Origin: Sphagnum compactum
Lineage: Eukaryota
NCBI GenBank assembly: GCA_965153455.1
Contig: OZ234493.1
Coordinates: forward strand, 23,674,213 to 23,738,212
Reading direction: 5' to 3'
Length of the DNA: 64,000 nt
In this document: in pieces, positions 52,555 to 64,000 of the stretch
How positions within the stretch are numbered: the stretch's first letter is position 1
Layout: the number at the start of each line of letters is the position of its first letter
Position numbers and translations under genes: made by a program
The notes under the pieces: generated by a model
Databases searched by the model: none
Seen by the model: the letters and a program-made list of their open reading frames with translations, nothing else
Told to the model about the DNA's origin: nothing

Positions 52555-53350
52555 ACTCAATGTGCTATCTGTGCATTTGGTAACCATGGCCTACCAAACA
52601 TTGCACAGTAGCTGGAGTCCATTACAATATTCTGTAATATAATAAAAGTTGCAAGGTAAGCAATACCATGAACAAATATTCGTAAATCTCGGATCAACCT
52701 TATTGGTTTTGTAGTGGTTTGGTTTGTCATCCATAGATTATATGGTGCAAGTTTTGGTTTAAGCAACCCTAACTTGTTGCACAGTTACTTCACGATTATG
52801 TTTATTCAAAAGCCCCCATTTAAGAGCACATTTTCAATAATATTTTTCTCCACTCGTATTTGGATACTTGTCATGTGATTGTCAATAGCCACTGCAGTTG
52901 TTCCAACTTTAGGCATGGTTTCAGGAGTAGAAATCATAGGTTTGTCCAAAATCAAATTTAAGCTCTTTTATGGTTTTTCTGGTTTCAAATTATGTTAGAA
53001 ATATTTCTTGAGTTCAGGTGTAATCTTCAACAATTGCCCCAATTTCAACATATAATTAATTTTTAGCATTTGTTTATTGATTCTAAAAAGTTTCTTCCAC
53101 AAGTACCAGCTTATGTGGAGATGATGTTACCTCCTATGGTTTCATTAGTTATATTGGTCTTGCAACATCAGGCAATCATGCCCAACTAAAATTCCATTCT
53201 ACAGTTGGCTTGGATAATGACTACATCTACATCCACCATGTTGGCTGAAGCTATGGGTACCTTCAATTACATTACTAGTTTTTTTTTACAATCTTGCCCC
53301 CTTTGTCCCTAAAGATACTCTACATCTCACTTAACCGAGGATAATCAATC
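52555..53350 (-). pseudogene. Ty3/gypsy gag-aspartic protease remnant
   Basis: ENVLLNGGF*INII..KLGLLKPKLAPYNLWMTNQTTTKP..VHGIAY..MFGRPWL resembles LLDGGSGVN...LLGRPWL retroviral-type protease. Confidence 0.8.
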
Positions 53351-53569
53351 ATTTTATGTCTCAAGATCACAAGAGATGTCATTCATTCAAGTTTTCACAT
53401 TCAATCTTAGCCCACCATGGGGCACATTGATCGAGCTACAAGCATTGACCAATCATTTTATTCATCAAGCTTGGCACACTTTGTTGCCATCAAGCCCATA
53501 AACATTCATGAATGTTGATAATGGGCCATTAGGATTGAGCCCATTAGACACCATGGTTATTCAGAGCGA

Positions 53570-54430
53570 TATTTGTTCAAGGATGCTTATTAAAATTGTT
53601 TACAAGCATCAATTCCAATCTAGCATGATGTTGTAGTTAGGGATCCAAGTATGGTGGTACCACTATGTGGAGTGGGACTCACAAGCAAAGCAAGTTTTTT
53701 CAAGTGTCATGTTATGATGTTGAAACAACATCCCATTTTGTTGCCAACATGAGTTGTTCAAGGTTGCCAACATTCTTTACCAAACAACATCACAATTGTT
53801 ATGGGCGCAAGATTTAGATAGGGATTAGGCTAGTAGTTTATTTGGTTATTTTGGAATGGTTGTGTTACGGTCTATCATATATTGACATAGGTCAAAAACT
53901 TTCACACCTTATATGATCAAGACTATTTTGGGGAATTGATTCATGTGTTGTAGCATTTGCGAACCATGTAGATGCGACCATGTGCATACATGCTGGAAAA
54001 TGTCCCACCATTGGGTATTTTCAGCTAATTGTTTTGGTCAAATGACACTAGTTTAGGCTTGCATTGGTGAACTAGTGTAAGTGGATGTTGTACTAGTTGG
54101 TTCATGATCACATGAGTTCCATTGGTTGCGGACTAACTTAACATCATTAGAGGTCATCCAGTGAACATATCAACTCATCCTTAAGTCACCCACATGTTTG
54201 GTGGATGACATATTGGATTCAGGATGCAATTCATATATGAATCATTATAATGACCAGCCACCTTTAATTGTGGTCAATAGGGTTGGCCTTTCATGAGTAA
54301 CCCTATCGACATTTTTGAATTTTTCAAGTTGTCATGCATTTATGGATTAATATGGTTTGGGGTTCCAATTCATTTAGTATGGAAAAACCCAATGCAAATG
54401 AATGAAAATGGGCCATGGTATTTCAATTGA
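53570..54430 (+). pseudogene. C5-cytosine DNA methyltransferase relic (retrotransposon-associated type)
   Basis: Motif I-like LLKLFTSINSNLA (~53587); GIQVWWYHYVEWD; motif IV-like LVILEWLCYGLS (~53842, from GWPCQG); SRLFWELIHVL; motif VI YMLENVPPLG (~53987); motif VIII-like VDVVLVGS*SHEFHWLRTNL; C-terminal EKPNANE*KWAMVF. Confidence 0.75.
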
Positions 54431-54894
54431 TATGTTGTTAGGAGTGTTAGTTTAGTTGCTTGATTAGGTTCTAATTAGTTAGGGGATAAATCAGGTTAGT
54501 TTAAGTGTTTGGGTTTTTATCTTGAACTAGTTCAAGTGTGAATATGGTTCAAAATATTCCATGGATGGAATATAATTCATTTGTGTGACCTCAAATCACT
54601 TTTGGTGATTTGAGATTCTCACACATTCTACTATTGTATGCAAGTTTCTATGGGTTTTGTGCATAATGTTAGTTTTTGCATTTTTGTGTGTGAAAGTGTT
54701 GAGCTTCAATTCCTATTTTCATTGCAAGTGAATGACAATTTTGATTTTGAACATGGTGTATCATTTAAGGTATGTTTATATTATGTTTTGTATTTTTGAT
54801 GACATTGACATATAGTTGTAGGCACCAACATAGTAGCACACAACAATGTGTGAAGAAAACGCAGACATTATTTTGTACCAACAAATGGTGGGGA

Positions 54895-55645
54895 AAGAAA
54901 TTTACCTCACCAACACATGGCTAGACAATTCCTATACTATGGGAATGGTTAGTAGATATATGGTTGCTTCATAGAACTCACATATGGAAGTTGTCAAAAG
55001 AATTTTCAAATACCTTCAAGGCACAATTGATTTTGACCTCATGTTTATTTAATAGGAGAAATCAAATTGGAAGGTTTTGCAAATGCAAGTTGGGCTAGGG
55101 ACTAGAATAATAGAGGATCAACAATTAGATATATGTTCCAACTGTATGAATTAACCATTACTTGGCCAACTAAGTAGCAACCAACATTAGCATTTTCATC
55201 AACATAAAGTGAATATCAAGCAATTATTGAAAGTACAAAAGAATCCTTGCGGCTACAAAGCTTGATTAGATAACTAAGATTTATCATAAGGGAGGCTACA
55301 CAAATTTGTTGTGATAGTTCTAGTAGCAACAAAATTATTAATAACCTTATTTTCCATGCATTCACAAAGCACATTGAAGTGCATTAGCATTTCATCAATG
55401 AAAAATTCCTAATTGGTGAAATAGAACTGAATCACATTCTTAATGATGATAAAATAACACACATGTTTACAAAGCCCTTATGATAATAATTGTTTTATTT
55501 GTTTCAAGAAGCTCTTGGTCTATTCAATATTCAACAAATCAAAAGTCAAGAAAAGATATCAAGGCCCAAACTACAAGTATATAAATCGTAGTGATTATTT
55601 ACTAGGCCTTCTTTTCTTCTAGTAAGCTACAAGGTAGGGAGTATA
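54895..55645 (+). pseudogene. Ty1/copia RT C-terminus and RNase H remnant
   Basis: YLTNT..VSRYM..HMEVVKRIFKYLQGT; GFANASWARD; FSST*SEY; IFHAFTKHIEVH*HFI; MFTKPL. Confidence 0.88.
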
Positions 55646-58600
55646 ATAGTTAAAGCTAATGGAAACATATGTAAAAAAACATTTTGTAAAACAAGTTCTT
55701 GCATAGTAATTTCATATGAGGAAAGTGAACATTCTTCATCATTTCATCATCATCTGTCATCAAGAAAGGAAACAATGGGAACTTGGGCTAGCTTGATGGA
55801 GTCTCACAATTTTGGTTTGACAATAAAAGGAGGGTTCTATCAAGACTCATCATAAAAAATTCAATGAAAGGAGTAATAGACTTGAGATAACTATTGGATC
55901 TGGAGGGGAAACATGTAGATTTAATGTTAGAACTAACTTTTAAAAAAAATCGTCCAAAAAGGGTAACCATAAAACCAAACAACTTGTGGAAGAAAACCAC
56001 AAGCATCCTTAGTGTTAAAAGGAGAGATTGCCATAGTCAAACCACCAACAACTTCACAATACAAACCATTTGACACTTGAGCTTTTAAAATTGAAAAACT
56101 CTTGCATGAAATGTATTGTCATTCAAAGGTTACCATATTTCAATATGCTCTATTGTAGACCATGGAGACCAGCATAAACAAGTCATAACTAAAACTAGAA
56201 GAAGGCCAAGCTCCATGAAAGTGAAAGGGGGTGTAAAAAAATCGTTGTATAACTTTTTGTGTCAAAGTAGAATTCTATGGTCCCATTTCCCCACTATTGG
56301 TATCTTTTAAAAGTTTTTTGATTGTAACATTTTCTCATTAACCATGGTAGTGAGGATGTTTACTAAGTTAATTATATGCACATAATGCATACATCTAATT
56401 TATATTCTTGCTTTGTAGCCTAATATTTAGGTTTTTGTCTTTTGGTATTAATTTTGCAAGGTATGTACATTATCAATTCACAAATTTGTAATCATATGCA
56501 AAACTCTTGTTACAATTTGAAAAAAAAGTTGATGAGTTTGATAATGGAACGCAAGGTGAAGTTGATTAACAAATATTTTGTTTTTTGGGGCACAGTCTCA
56601 ATAGCCTTTTTCTCCATTTCCAATAATTGAACCTTGATTTCGTGAGAACATTTAACATTTGAGGCCATGCAAAGTTGATAAAACATTCACATATGAATCA
56701 TGTGAAGCTCCAAGGTAATTTGTTAGCCACAATTTTTCTTGACATTGCACATGCGTAAAAGTTTTTTGGACATGGCAAGGGAGAAATTGTTTCAATCTAC
56801 ATACTGTAATAAATATCTCAAAGGCATTGTTTACATAAATTTGGCTCTTCTATTCATGCACCCTATGCCTCCCTCCCTTTTTCTCCTTTTTTTCCAAGTT
56901 TTTTTTCCCCTCTATCATGGGAAATGGATGAACATATTAAAAAATGAGATTCCTAAGTTGTTATTTCATTCATGGCATTTCTTTTTTGTGATAAAAAATT
57001 TGAATATATTTGAAAATATCTAGAAGGTTGTGTATATATTGTTTACACGTTTGGTTTCTTTATCAAAATTTATTGATGAACTCTAACAATGATTTGACAA
57101 ACATGAAATCAAGCTTTAATTACTTTTCAAGTATTTTTATATTTTAAAAAATTGTTGTTATTCTATTTGAAATAAGGTCTCATGTTTGAGCCATTCTTTG
57201 AAAACCCTTCATGCAACCAAGTATTTTGACATGTTGAAGTTGCACAACCTTCATGAAATTTGTCAAGGGTTTCAAAGGTGTTTCCATCCTTTACAATTTT
57301 GGAGGGTATATATCGAATTGCTTTAGTCTCAACCTAAATCCATGATGTTGAACACCAAAAATTTGAAATTTAGCCACACGAGAATGAAAAGACAAACATG
57401 AACCAATTTTAGGATGACAAAAAACACCATCACAAGTTGGAAATTATGGTGCTACATAAAACTTGAATGAGTAGAATTTTTCAACATAAGAAAATTGAAA
57501 AACAAAAGATTCAAGGAATTGCTAGAACCTAGCAATGCAACAATGACCACATTTGCACACGAACCATAAATCCAATTTCAGATGCAAGAAAACACACACC
57601 ACCAATTGATGCCTACAATTGCTTATAATGTGAAGGCAACATTTCTACAAGAAACCAAATTTTGGCTGGTAAAGAAATTTCATTATCAAACCTCCCCCTT
57701 GCAATTATCAAGGTAAATGATGGATTAAAAGTTGAAGGTGGATGCTAAAAATGTTACATGGAGGCTTGAAATAATGCATTGCTTGGGGGTCAACAGCTAC
57801 AAGCTCAACCAATTGAGTTTGCAATGATTTCAGAGGCCAAAATATGATATTTTGTCAAAAGAAAAACTTGGGTCAAATGGAGATTCCAGAGGTGAAAAAA
57901 TGTGATATTCTCACAAAAGACAAGCTCTAGATCTATTGAACTTCACATCAAGCCTACCTCTTTGAGAAGATGGAACCTTTTTGAGATGGGCCTGGTGCAT
58001 ATTATCCGTCTCCAAACATGCAAGATTACATGTCAACTTTTCATCCATTTGCATTTCCATGGCCTGGGGCTTGCATCCTCCGTTTAAATTATCCATTTCC
58101 AACCATTGAGGATTCCATATAACCTTTCATCTATTCACATTTTGTTGGCCCCTTAGACCAGTGTAGACTGAATTAGCATGATGTGATCCAATGGTCAAGG
58201 GCTTAATAAAGGGACTTGAGCAGTGGTTTTTTTGGAGCGATTCTTTTTTTTCTTTCAGCAAAACAATCCGGGAAATTGAGGAAAATGTGTTTTTCTAGGG
58301 TAATTTCGTCCAATTTTTCTATTTTGGGGGCAAAATTCACAAGTTTTTTGACATCACAAATATGAAAACAAAAAAAAACACTGGGCACAAGGCTACAAAT
58401 GATTTTGGTATGTGGTCTATAGTTTATCAGTTTATATCAATGACCTCAAATTCAGCCATTCCGAAAAGCTTGACCATCATTTCCTAATGCAGTTGGAAGG
58501 CACGTCACTAGAAAATTTGCAGTGTATGTGGAGACTGCCTTATATCCATCGATTTGCCTCCTAGAAATTGGGAGGGATATTATGCCTACTCCTCAAGGAT

Positions 58601-58750
58601 GGACAGGAAATTATGCCTACTTTATAGGTGTAAGGACCATTGCACTATTGAGGAGTAGACGTAAAAGCCCTCCCATTCATATGCCTCGCGATCTACGTTG
58701 GTTTGGTTTATGCCATTTTGCCTCATGCTTTTACAATAGGTTTGGCCCAT

Positions 58751-58834
58751 AGGTGGGGGACATTCTCAAAATGCAGGGCCAGACTCAGCTATCACCTTGT
58801 CCTAGGCCCCTTATTTTGAGAATACCCCCACCCT
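58751..58834. repeat. ~85 bp hairpin/MITE-like repeat; inverted second copy at 59680-59762
   Basis: ggtgggggacattctcaaaat...attttgagaatacccccacc; the interior is the reverse complement of 59680-59762. Confidence 0.75.
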
Positions 58835-59313
58835 AGGGCTTTACCCGCACCTTCTAGAGCAACATGTTTTTTCGTGGCAAAATTTCGCCAGTTGGCTACC
58901 AGGAAAAAGAAGAAGCCTACAGACCTCTACAAAGGATTTTCTGGGCGAAAATTCCCCCAGATTTGCCACATTTTGAGGTAAAAAGGGTTCAAATGGTCAT
59001 TTTTAGACTATAGGTTCTTGCAACTCATTAGTACATAGCAGGGATTCGATTAATTTCTACTTTTCTCTGACATCTAGCCAGATTTGGCCAAGTCCTCTTA
59101 TTGAGGATCGCTAGTCCACCTACCTCATGAAATTAAAAAAAACACCCTGTTCCAGAGGCCACCTTCCATGATGGAATAGGCAGTTTGCATGGCATTTAAC
59201 TTGTGAGATTTACTGGCTTACAACTTTTTCGTGTAAGATTGTTGTTGTCTAGGGCTGTGATAAAGATGGCCTTGGTTCTCACAACTGACCTTTTCGTGTA
59301 GGGTAAACCCTGA

Positions 59314-59678
59314 GAGCATCTCCAACGGTGCTCAGTATGTGACTCCTGACAGTAAAATCTATTGCAAAAAAGTCAAAATGTGCCAGTTTAGCTAGGAAAT
59401 TGGTTTTTTTGCACCAAATTCGTGCAGCTTGCCGTGGCTGGTAAAGGGCGCAACAGAGTTGTTCACCTCCAAAAAAGAGTGTAATAAATTGGACCTAGCT
59501 GCAGCAAAGTATTTCTGATTGGTCATAATGATTGGTCTAGGTGGTTTGCTATTAGTAGTCCCCACATATATGGAGTTCCAGTTATAGTTTTATTTATTGG
59601 TGGGGTTTTATTCCAGCTAAACTTAGACATTTAATTGTATTATCCAGAGTGACAAACTGAGCACCGGTGGAGATGCTC
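59314..59678. mobile_element. Tourist-like (PIF/Harbinger) MITE
   Basis: 32-bp TIR GAGCATCTCCAACGGTGCTCAGTATGTGACTC versus 29/32 reverse-complement match at the right end; flanks TGA/TAA. Confidence 0.88.
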
Positions 59679-62249
59679 TAAGGTAGGGGCATTCTCAAAA
59701 TAAGAGGCCTGGGATGAGGCAGTAGCTGAGTCCAGCCTCGCATTTTGGGTATGTACCCCACCAATGGGCTTTACAATAGGTGAGGCCCTGTGAAGCAGGC
59801 CTTGCCCTAGACATGAAGACCTTGAAAAGAACTCTTCGGTCATTTTGAGGGCTGTTTAAATCTTGAAATTGGTGTGTTAGTGCATCTCTCCTAAAATCCC
59901 TAGGGCGAGGGATCTTACATTATGAATTATTTGGCCCACTGTAAAACTTGTAAGACCACAATTTATTTGATCTTTTTCTTCTCATTACTGTTTTTTTAGG
60001 ACTCCAGTTTACTTTTGTGTATCTCTTTTTATCAATTTATTGTTGATTTCTTCAGCACAAAAAAATGTTTTGTGGCTTAGCAATGGTAAAACTCCATTTA
60101 CTGCACTTTTTCTAACTATTTTTGAAGCTTTGTGCCAGCATTTGTTTTTAGGCAAAGTTTTGCCACTTGATGACAAAAACGAAGGCAATGTGAATCCTGC
60201 AAAGAATTTTTTGAGGGAAAAAATGGCTCAAAGTCGCCATATTCGGAGGGGAAATTTTGTTTTTGCCAGATTTAGACCATAGCTTCTAGCATGTTGCGCC
60301 AAAACATAATGGGGTTCCAAAAAGATTAGACTTTCCTGTAAGATCTGTACTGTAGCCAAAATTGCATTAAGTCCTTATGCGGATGATCAGCAACCCACTT
60401 ACACCACAAAATTGCAAAACAAAAAACGTGCTTTGTGCACCTGATATGTGACTTCACCTGCAGAATACAGTAACCAGAAATCTCAAAATAAAAAGGCATG
60501 AAAAGATCTCAGGAATCTTCCAGTTTCTTTTCAAATTCACAATGAGAGGGCAAAATTCAGTACCATGACTCAATAGTAACAAATAAATCATGGGAAAGGC
60601 AGAAATGGGCACCCTGAATGCCGAACCAGTAACTTTCAGATGTTCGGAATCAATATATGATGCGTTGAGCAGATCTGGGCACTGTATGTAAACAAAATTT
60701 CTGTTCTTTATATGGAGGAGGTCCCTTCCGCTACACCATGTGCCTAACCACTTGGTCCCTTGTTCCTCCCCTTTATTCTAAAAAGGTTACTGCCATTTTG
60801 CCCTTGTTCTTTAGAGGACTTCTCCCACAGAATTGTGCCCAGTTTTGAGCCATGCCTTTGGGGGGCCCTTAACCTCACATGTATATAATCTTATGTATGC
60901 TCATTCAATTGAAACTATATATGTCTTTGAAATTTGCAAAAATTATGAGAAGTTTTATGCTTTTATCCCAAAAGTAAAAAAAAAGTAGCATACATCATAG
61001 TATACCATAATACCTTGAAAGCTGGCAAGCCTCAAAGTACAAAGTTTTGTGAAGGAAAATAAAGAATCTTTTGAGAATTTCAGGAATATCTTACTTCTCA
61101 ACATGAAAATTTCAAACTTAATTAATTATTGGAGAGGCCATGTGTTGAAACTGCCCTTGTACTATAATAGCTAAAATCTCTAGCTATCACTAACCCATAA
61201 TTTGTTCCCAGCAAAACTGTACCCTAATCCTCACACGAATGCAAAGTCTCTTTTTTCTAAGAAAAGCAACAAAGAGAACCCACCTCTGAACTTCAACAAA
61301 TGTTGTGGGTGAAGTCTGAGGGTGTGGGCTTTCCTTGAATAAAGGCACACACTTGCCTGAGTGAGTCTGATGCTAGTAAAGTCCACTGTCAAGGGCGTAG
61401 GATTTTTATTTAAAATTTTGTGCTTACGATATCCACGTGATATCATGGCGAAAATAACAGGATGGGTTGTATTTTAACCCCTTTTTTATTTCTTGTGCTC
61501 GGGTCATTATAGCTCGTCATTGACTTAACCCTTTAGTTCCCACTGTACTTATTTCTTTTTATTGATAGCATGTGTCCATAGTTTTTCGCATGTGTAGGTC
61601 ATTGCGATTTTTTAACGTGTTGAGATATTTAAAGAAGTTTTTCATCTATTCCACACATTGCAACCACCGCCCCTATGTGGTTAATTAATTTTTGATAGGC
61701 AACACCTTTCTAGTTTATGATTTTTTATTTTTTAGGAGTTATGGTCTTCGTTTGGTTTTTTGGATCAACTTTTCTCATTTGTTCAATGTTTATATGTACA
61801 TTCATCCTCATTGTATTTTTTTTTAGGCTTCTTAGAAATTTCATAATCATTTCGTTAAAGTCAAGTACACAATAGAGGGACCCATTGTCAAGGACACAAA
61901 TATTCACAAAAATAGAGGCTAAAAAAAATGTCTAAATTTAACTTTCAAACAAGGAATGAGACAAGATTATGCAATTAAAAAATAAAATTAAAAACTAAGA
62001 ATAGGAACATGAAATGTGCAAAAAAATATGAAAATAAATTTTTATTATGGTAACATATGCAAACATGAACATGGAAAAAGAACATGATAAAGCTATGGTG
62101 TAAGATTGTGCTTAAGAATAATGTTGAACAGACCAAAGGAAATGAGGAGTAGTATAAATCTATTTATATTTATACTCCTTTGGGGAAGCTTTCAAGGAGG
62201 CTTCTATGTGTGCATTGAATAAATAATTTTTTTGAAAACCTTCCTAACT

Positions 62250-62560
62250 GAGAGTCAATTATGAATTAATTAATATTTATAGTTAATTTGGACTTATATA
62301 GGAATCAATTGGGAGTTAATTAAAGTTAAATAAGACTTAATTAAAAATTAGTTAAAACTTAACTACGAGTTAACTATGAATTAATTGGGACTTATTTAAG
62401 ACTTAATTCGAAATTAATTAATAGTTAATTTGGAGTTAATTAAAATTTAACTAGAATTTAATTAAAACTTAACTAGAGTCAACTAAGAATCAACTGTAAG
62501 TGAATTATGAGTTAAGTGGAAGTGAACTAAAATTTAATTGGAAGTTAACTAAAAGTTAGA
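62250..62560. repeat. AT-rich low-complexity tandem repeat (~11 bp aattaa/ttaact units)
   Basis: Repeated gagttaattaa / aaacttaacta type units. Confidence 0.7.
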
Positions 62561-62619
62561 TAAATGGATGAACATTTAAATGAATGAACTCCATAGCATT
62601 TGCATTCGTGACACCTATT

Positions 62620-64000
62620 GGGAAGACTGTTGTTTACTCTAGCTCACCTTCGTGGTCTTCGCCATATAGTAGTAACCCACCCTATTTGTGTTTTCCCTTC
62701 GTTGGCAGATGATATGCATATAATAAATCTCGCATAAAATGCGGTTCTTATTTTTTTACGATTGGAATGGGAGTTTTTAACATTAAGGCAACCAACGAAG
62801 TGTGTAACTTGGTTTGGACACAAAGGTTGAACCATTCTATATCATTTCTTCCTGACTTTCTTTCTTTGATTCAATTTTTTGTATTTTGGGTGCACTAGTG
62901 GGATGTAGATCATTTGTTGAATCATTTGTGGCTAAAGTTCTTCATGAAAATCTTGGGATCACATCTAGTCTCCCTATGTTTGCGAATCTTCAAGCGACTT
63001 TTGCGATGCTCTTGTTGTGTCATGCCCAACGCCCTGGTTATTTGCTTTGTATAATGTTTCCATTTCTAGGTATTTTACAACATTATGCTGAATTCAATAA
63101 TCGTACCACATCTACATTGGAAAAATTACTTGGTGCAGAATCTTTTGGTGGTTTTATCGATCACCTAACTTGTCATCAAGGCATTCTTCTTGTTTCTTCG
63201 AATGGGTTCAGCCTCCCTTTTATAATTCAGATTGTTGCCCTTGCATTCTTGGGATGTTGGACATTAATTGTTTTTACAATTGTTATTCGTTCTAACAAGA
63301 CAATCATCCTATTCTTTTGGATGAAGTAGCACCTGTTGAGATTTACATTTTCTCGTTCAAGATGGCACTACCAGATACTCGAACCCTGTTACCCTAGGTT
63401 GTCCATTCTTAAGGCCCACCCTTTGAAAGTCTAGTGGTTCAATCTTACCCCTAGTTGCAGGTTTTTTGAATAGATCACCTACACAAATAAAAGTTTGTTT
63501 TGCTTTTAATAGATGTTTTTTTAAATATCACGTGAACACGTCTTTGCTCATGTGCAAGTCCAAAGGTAGGCATTTGGTTATTAGTTCATCCTACCATGCA
63601 TGCATTTCATTTATTCTCAACCCATTTCCTTGTAACATTACGTACTTGTCTTGACTTACCACATCCTATGGTTGCCCATCTTTCATGGTCTTAGTGTGAT
63701 CATACCATTAATGATCTAAGTACCCATTTATTTTAGTGCCTTTGTGAAAGTGAACATACAATAGCTCACGATACACTTCAAGATATTGTCGCAACTATTG
63801 CTTTGGAGAGTGGAACACATGTTTAGAAGGAGGTCTCCCACCTTTTCCCTTGCCACACTCAACGTCAAGTGGATATCATTATCACTAGAAATGACTTCTG
63901 GACCTTGATGGACATTGTCATTATTGATTCGACTCGTACAGATACGGTGCAACGAACATCGATGACGACAACACATGCAACAATGATGGTTACTCAAGAA
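62620..64000 (+). pseudogene. Decayed CRE/R2-like non-LTR retrotransposon (RT + restriction-like endonuclease)
   Basis: FPSLADDMHI RT motif (~62690-62720); LGALVG..SFVESFV; LLVSSNGFSLP (GGLGL-like); C-terminal AHDTLQDIVATIALESG..SHLFPCHTQRQVDIII..TLMDIVIID resembling the RH..PD..D REL domain. Confidence 0.72.

Noticed and set aside
55650-58200. Possible decayed transposase fragments
   Set aside because: No motif I could assign with confidence.
58221-60430. CAGTG..CACTG and related short T/A-ended repeats (58221-58383, ~58862-59149, ~60138-60430)
   Set aside because: Probably common MITEs, but I found no matching TSD for the first copy and could not fix boundaries for the others.

Overview
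Eukaryotic, intron-containing, TE-dominated DNA from a land plant with flagellated sperm. The LTR and MITE families resemble peat moss (Sphagnum) repeats; that is inference from recall, not a search. The one clear host gene is a 13-exon radial spoke protein 2 (RSP2) orthologue on the minus strand (46672-51609). The left half is a TE nest. A 5'-truncated L1/Tx1-type LINE is followed by a decayed chromovirus-type Ty3/gypsy element (3579-26839; both LTRs, PBS, PPT and TSD traceable). Its integrase is split by a ~16 kb Mutator-like DNA transposon (5417-21425; ~170 bp TIRs, CCTTTCAA duplication). That transposon encodes a GCM-domain MULE transposase and, divergently, a spliced cargo gene fusing a ParB/Srx-like (D)GNHR domain to a prokaryote-type beta-class N6A/N4C DNA methyltransferase. 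It also carries two orphan ORFs and an array of palindromes; this is the main candidate novel system. A second, unrelated methyltransferase relic (C5-cytosine DNMT motifs I, IV, VI, VIII) sits beside a gypsy protease remnant at 53.6-54.4 kb. Also present are two hAT elements, CACTA-ended and Tourist-like MITEs, a solo LTR, a foldback element, a copia remnant and a CRE/R2-like retroelement remnant. All TE genes here are pseudogenised, and domain calls come from manual translation and motif recognition, not database searches.
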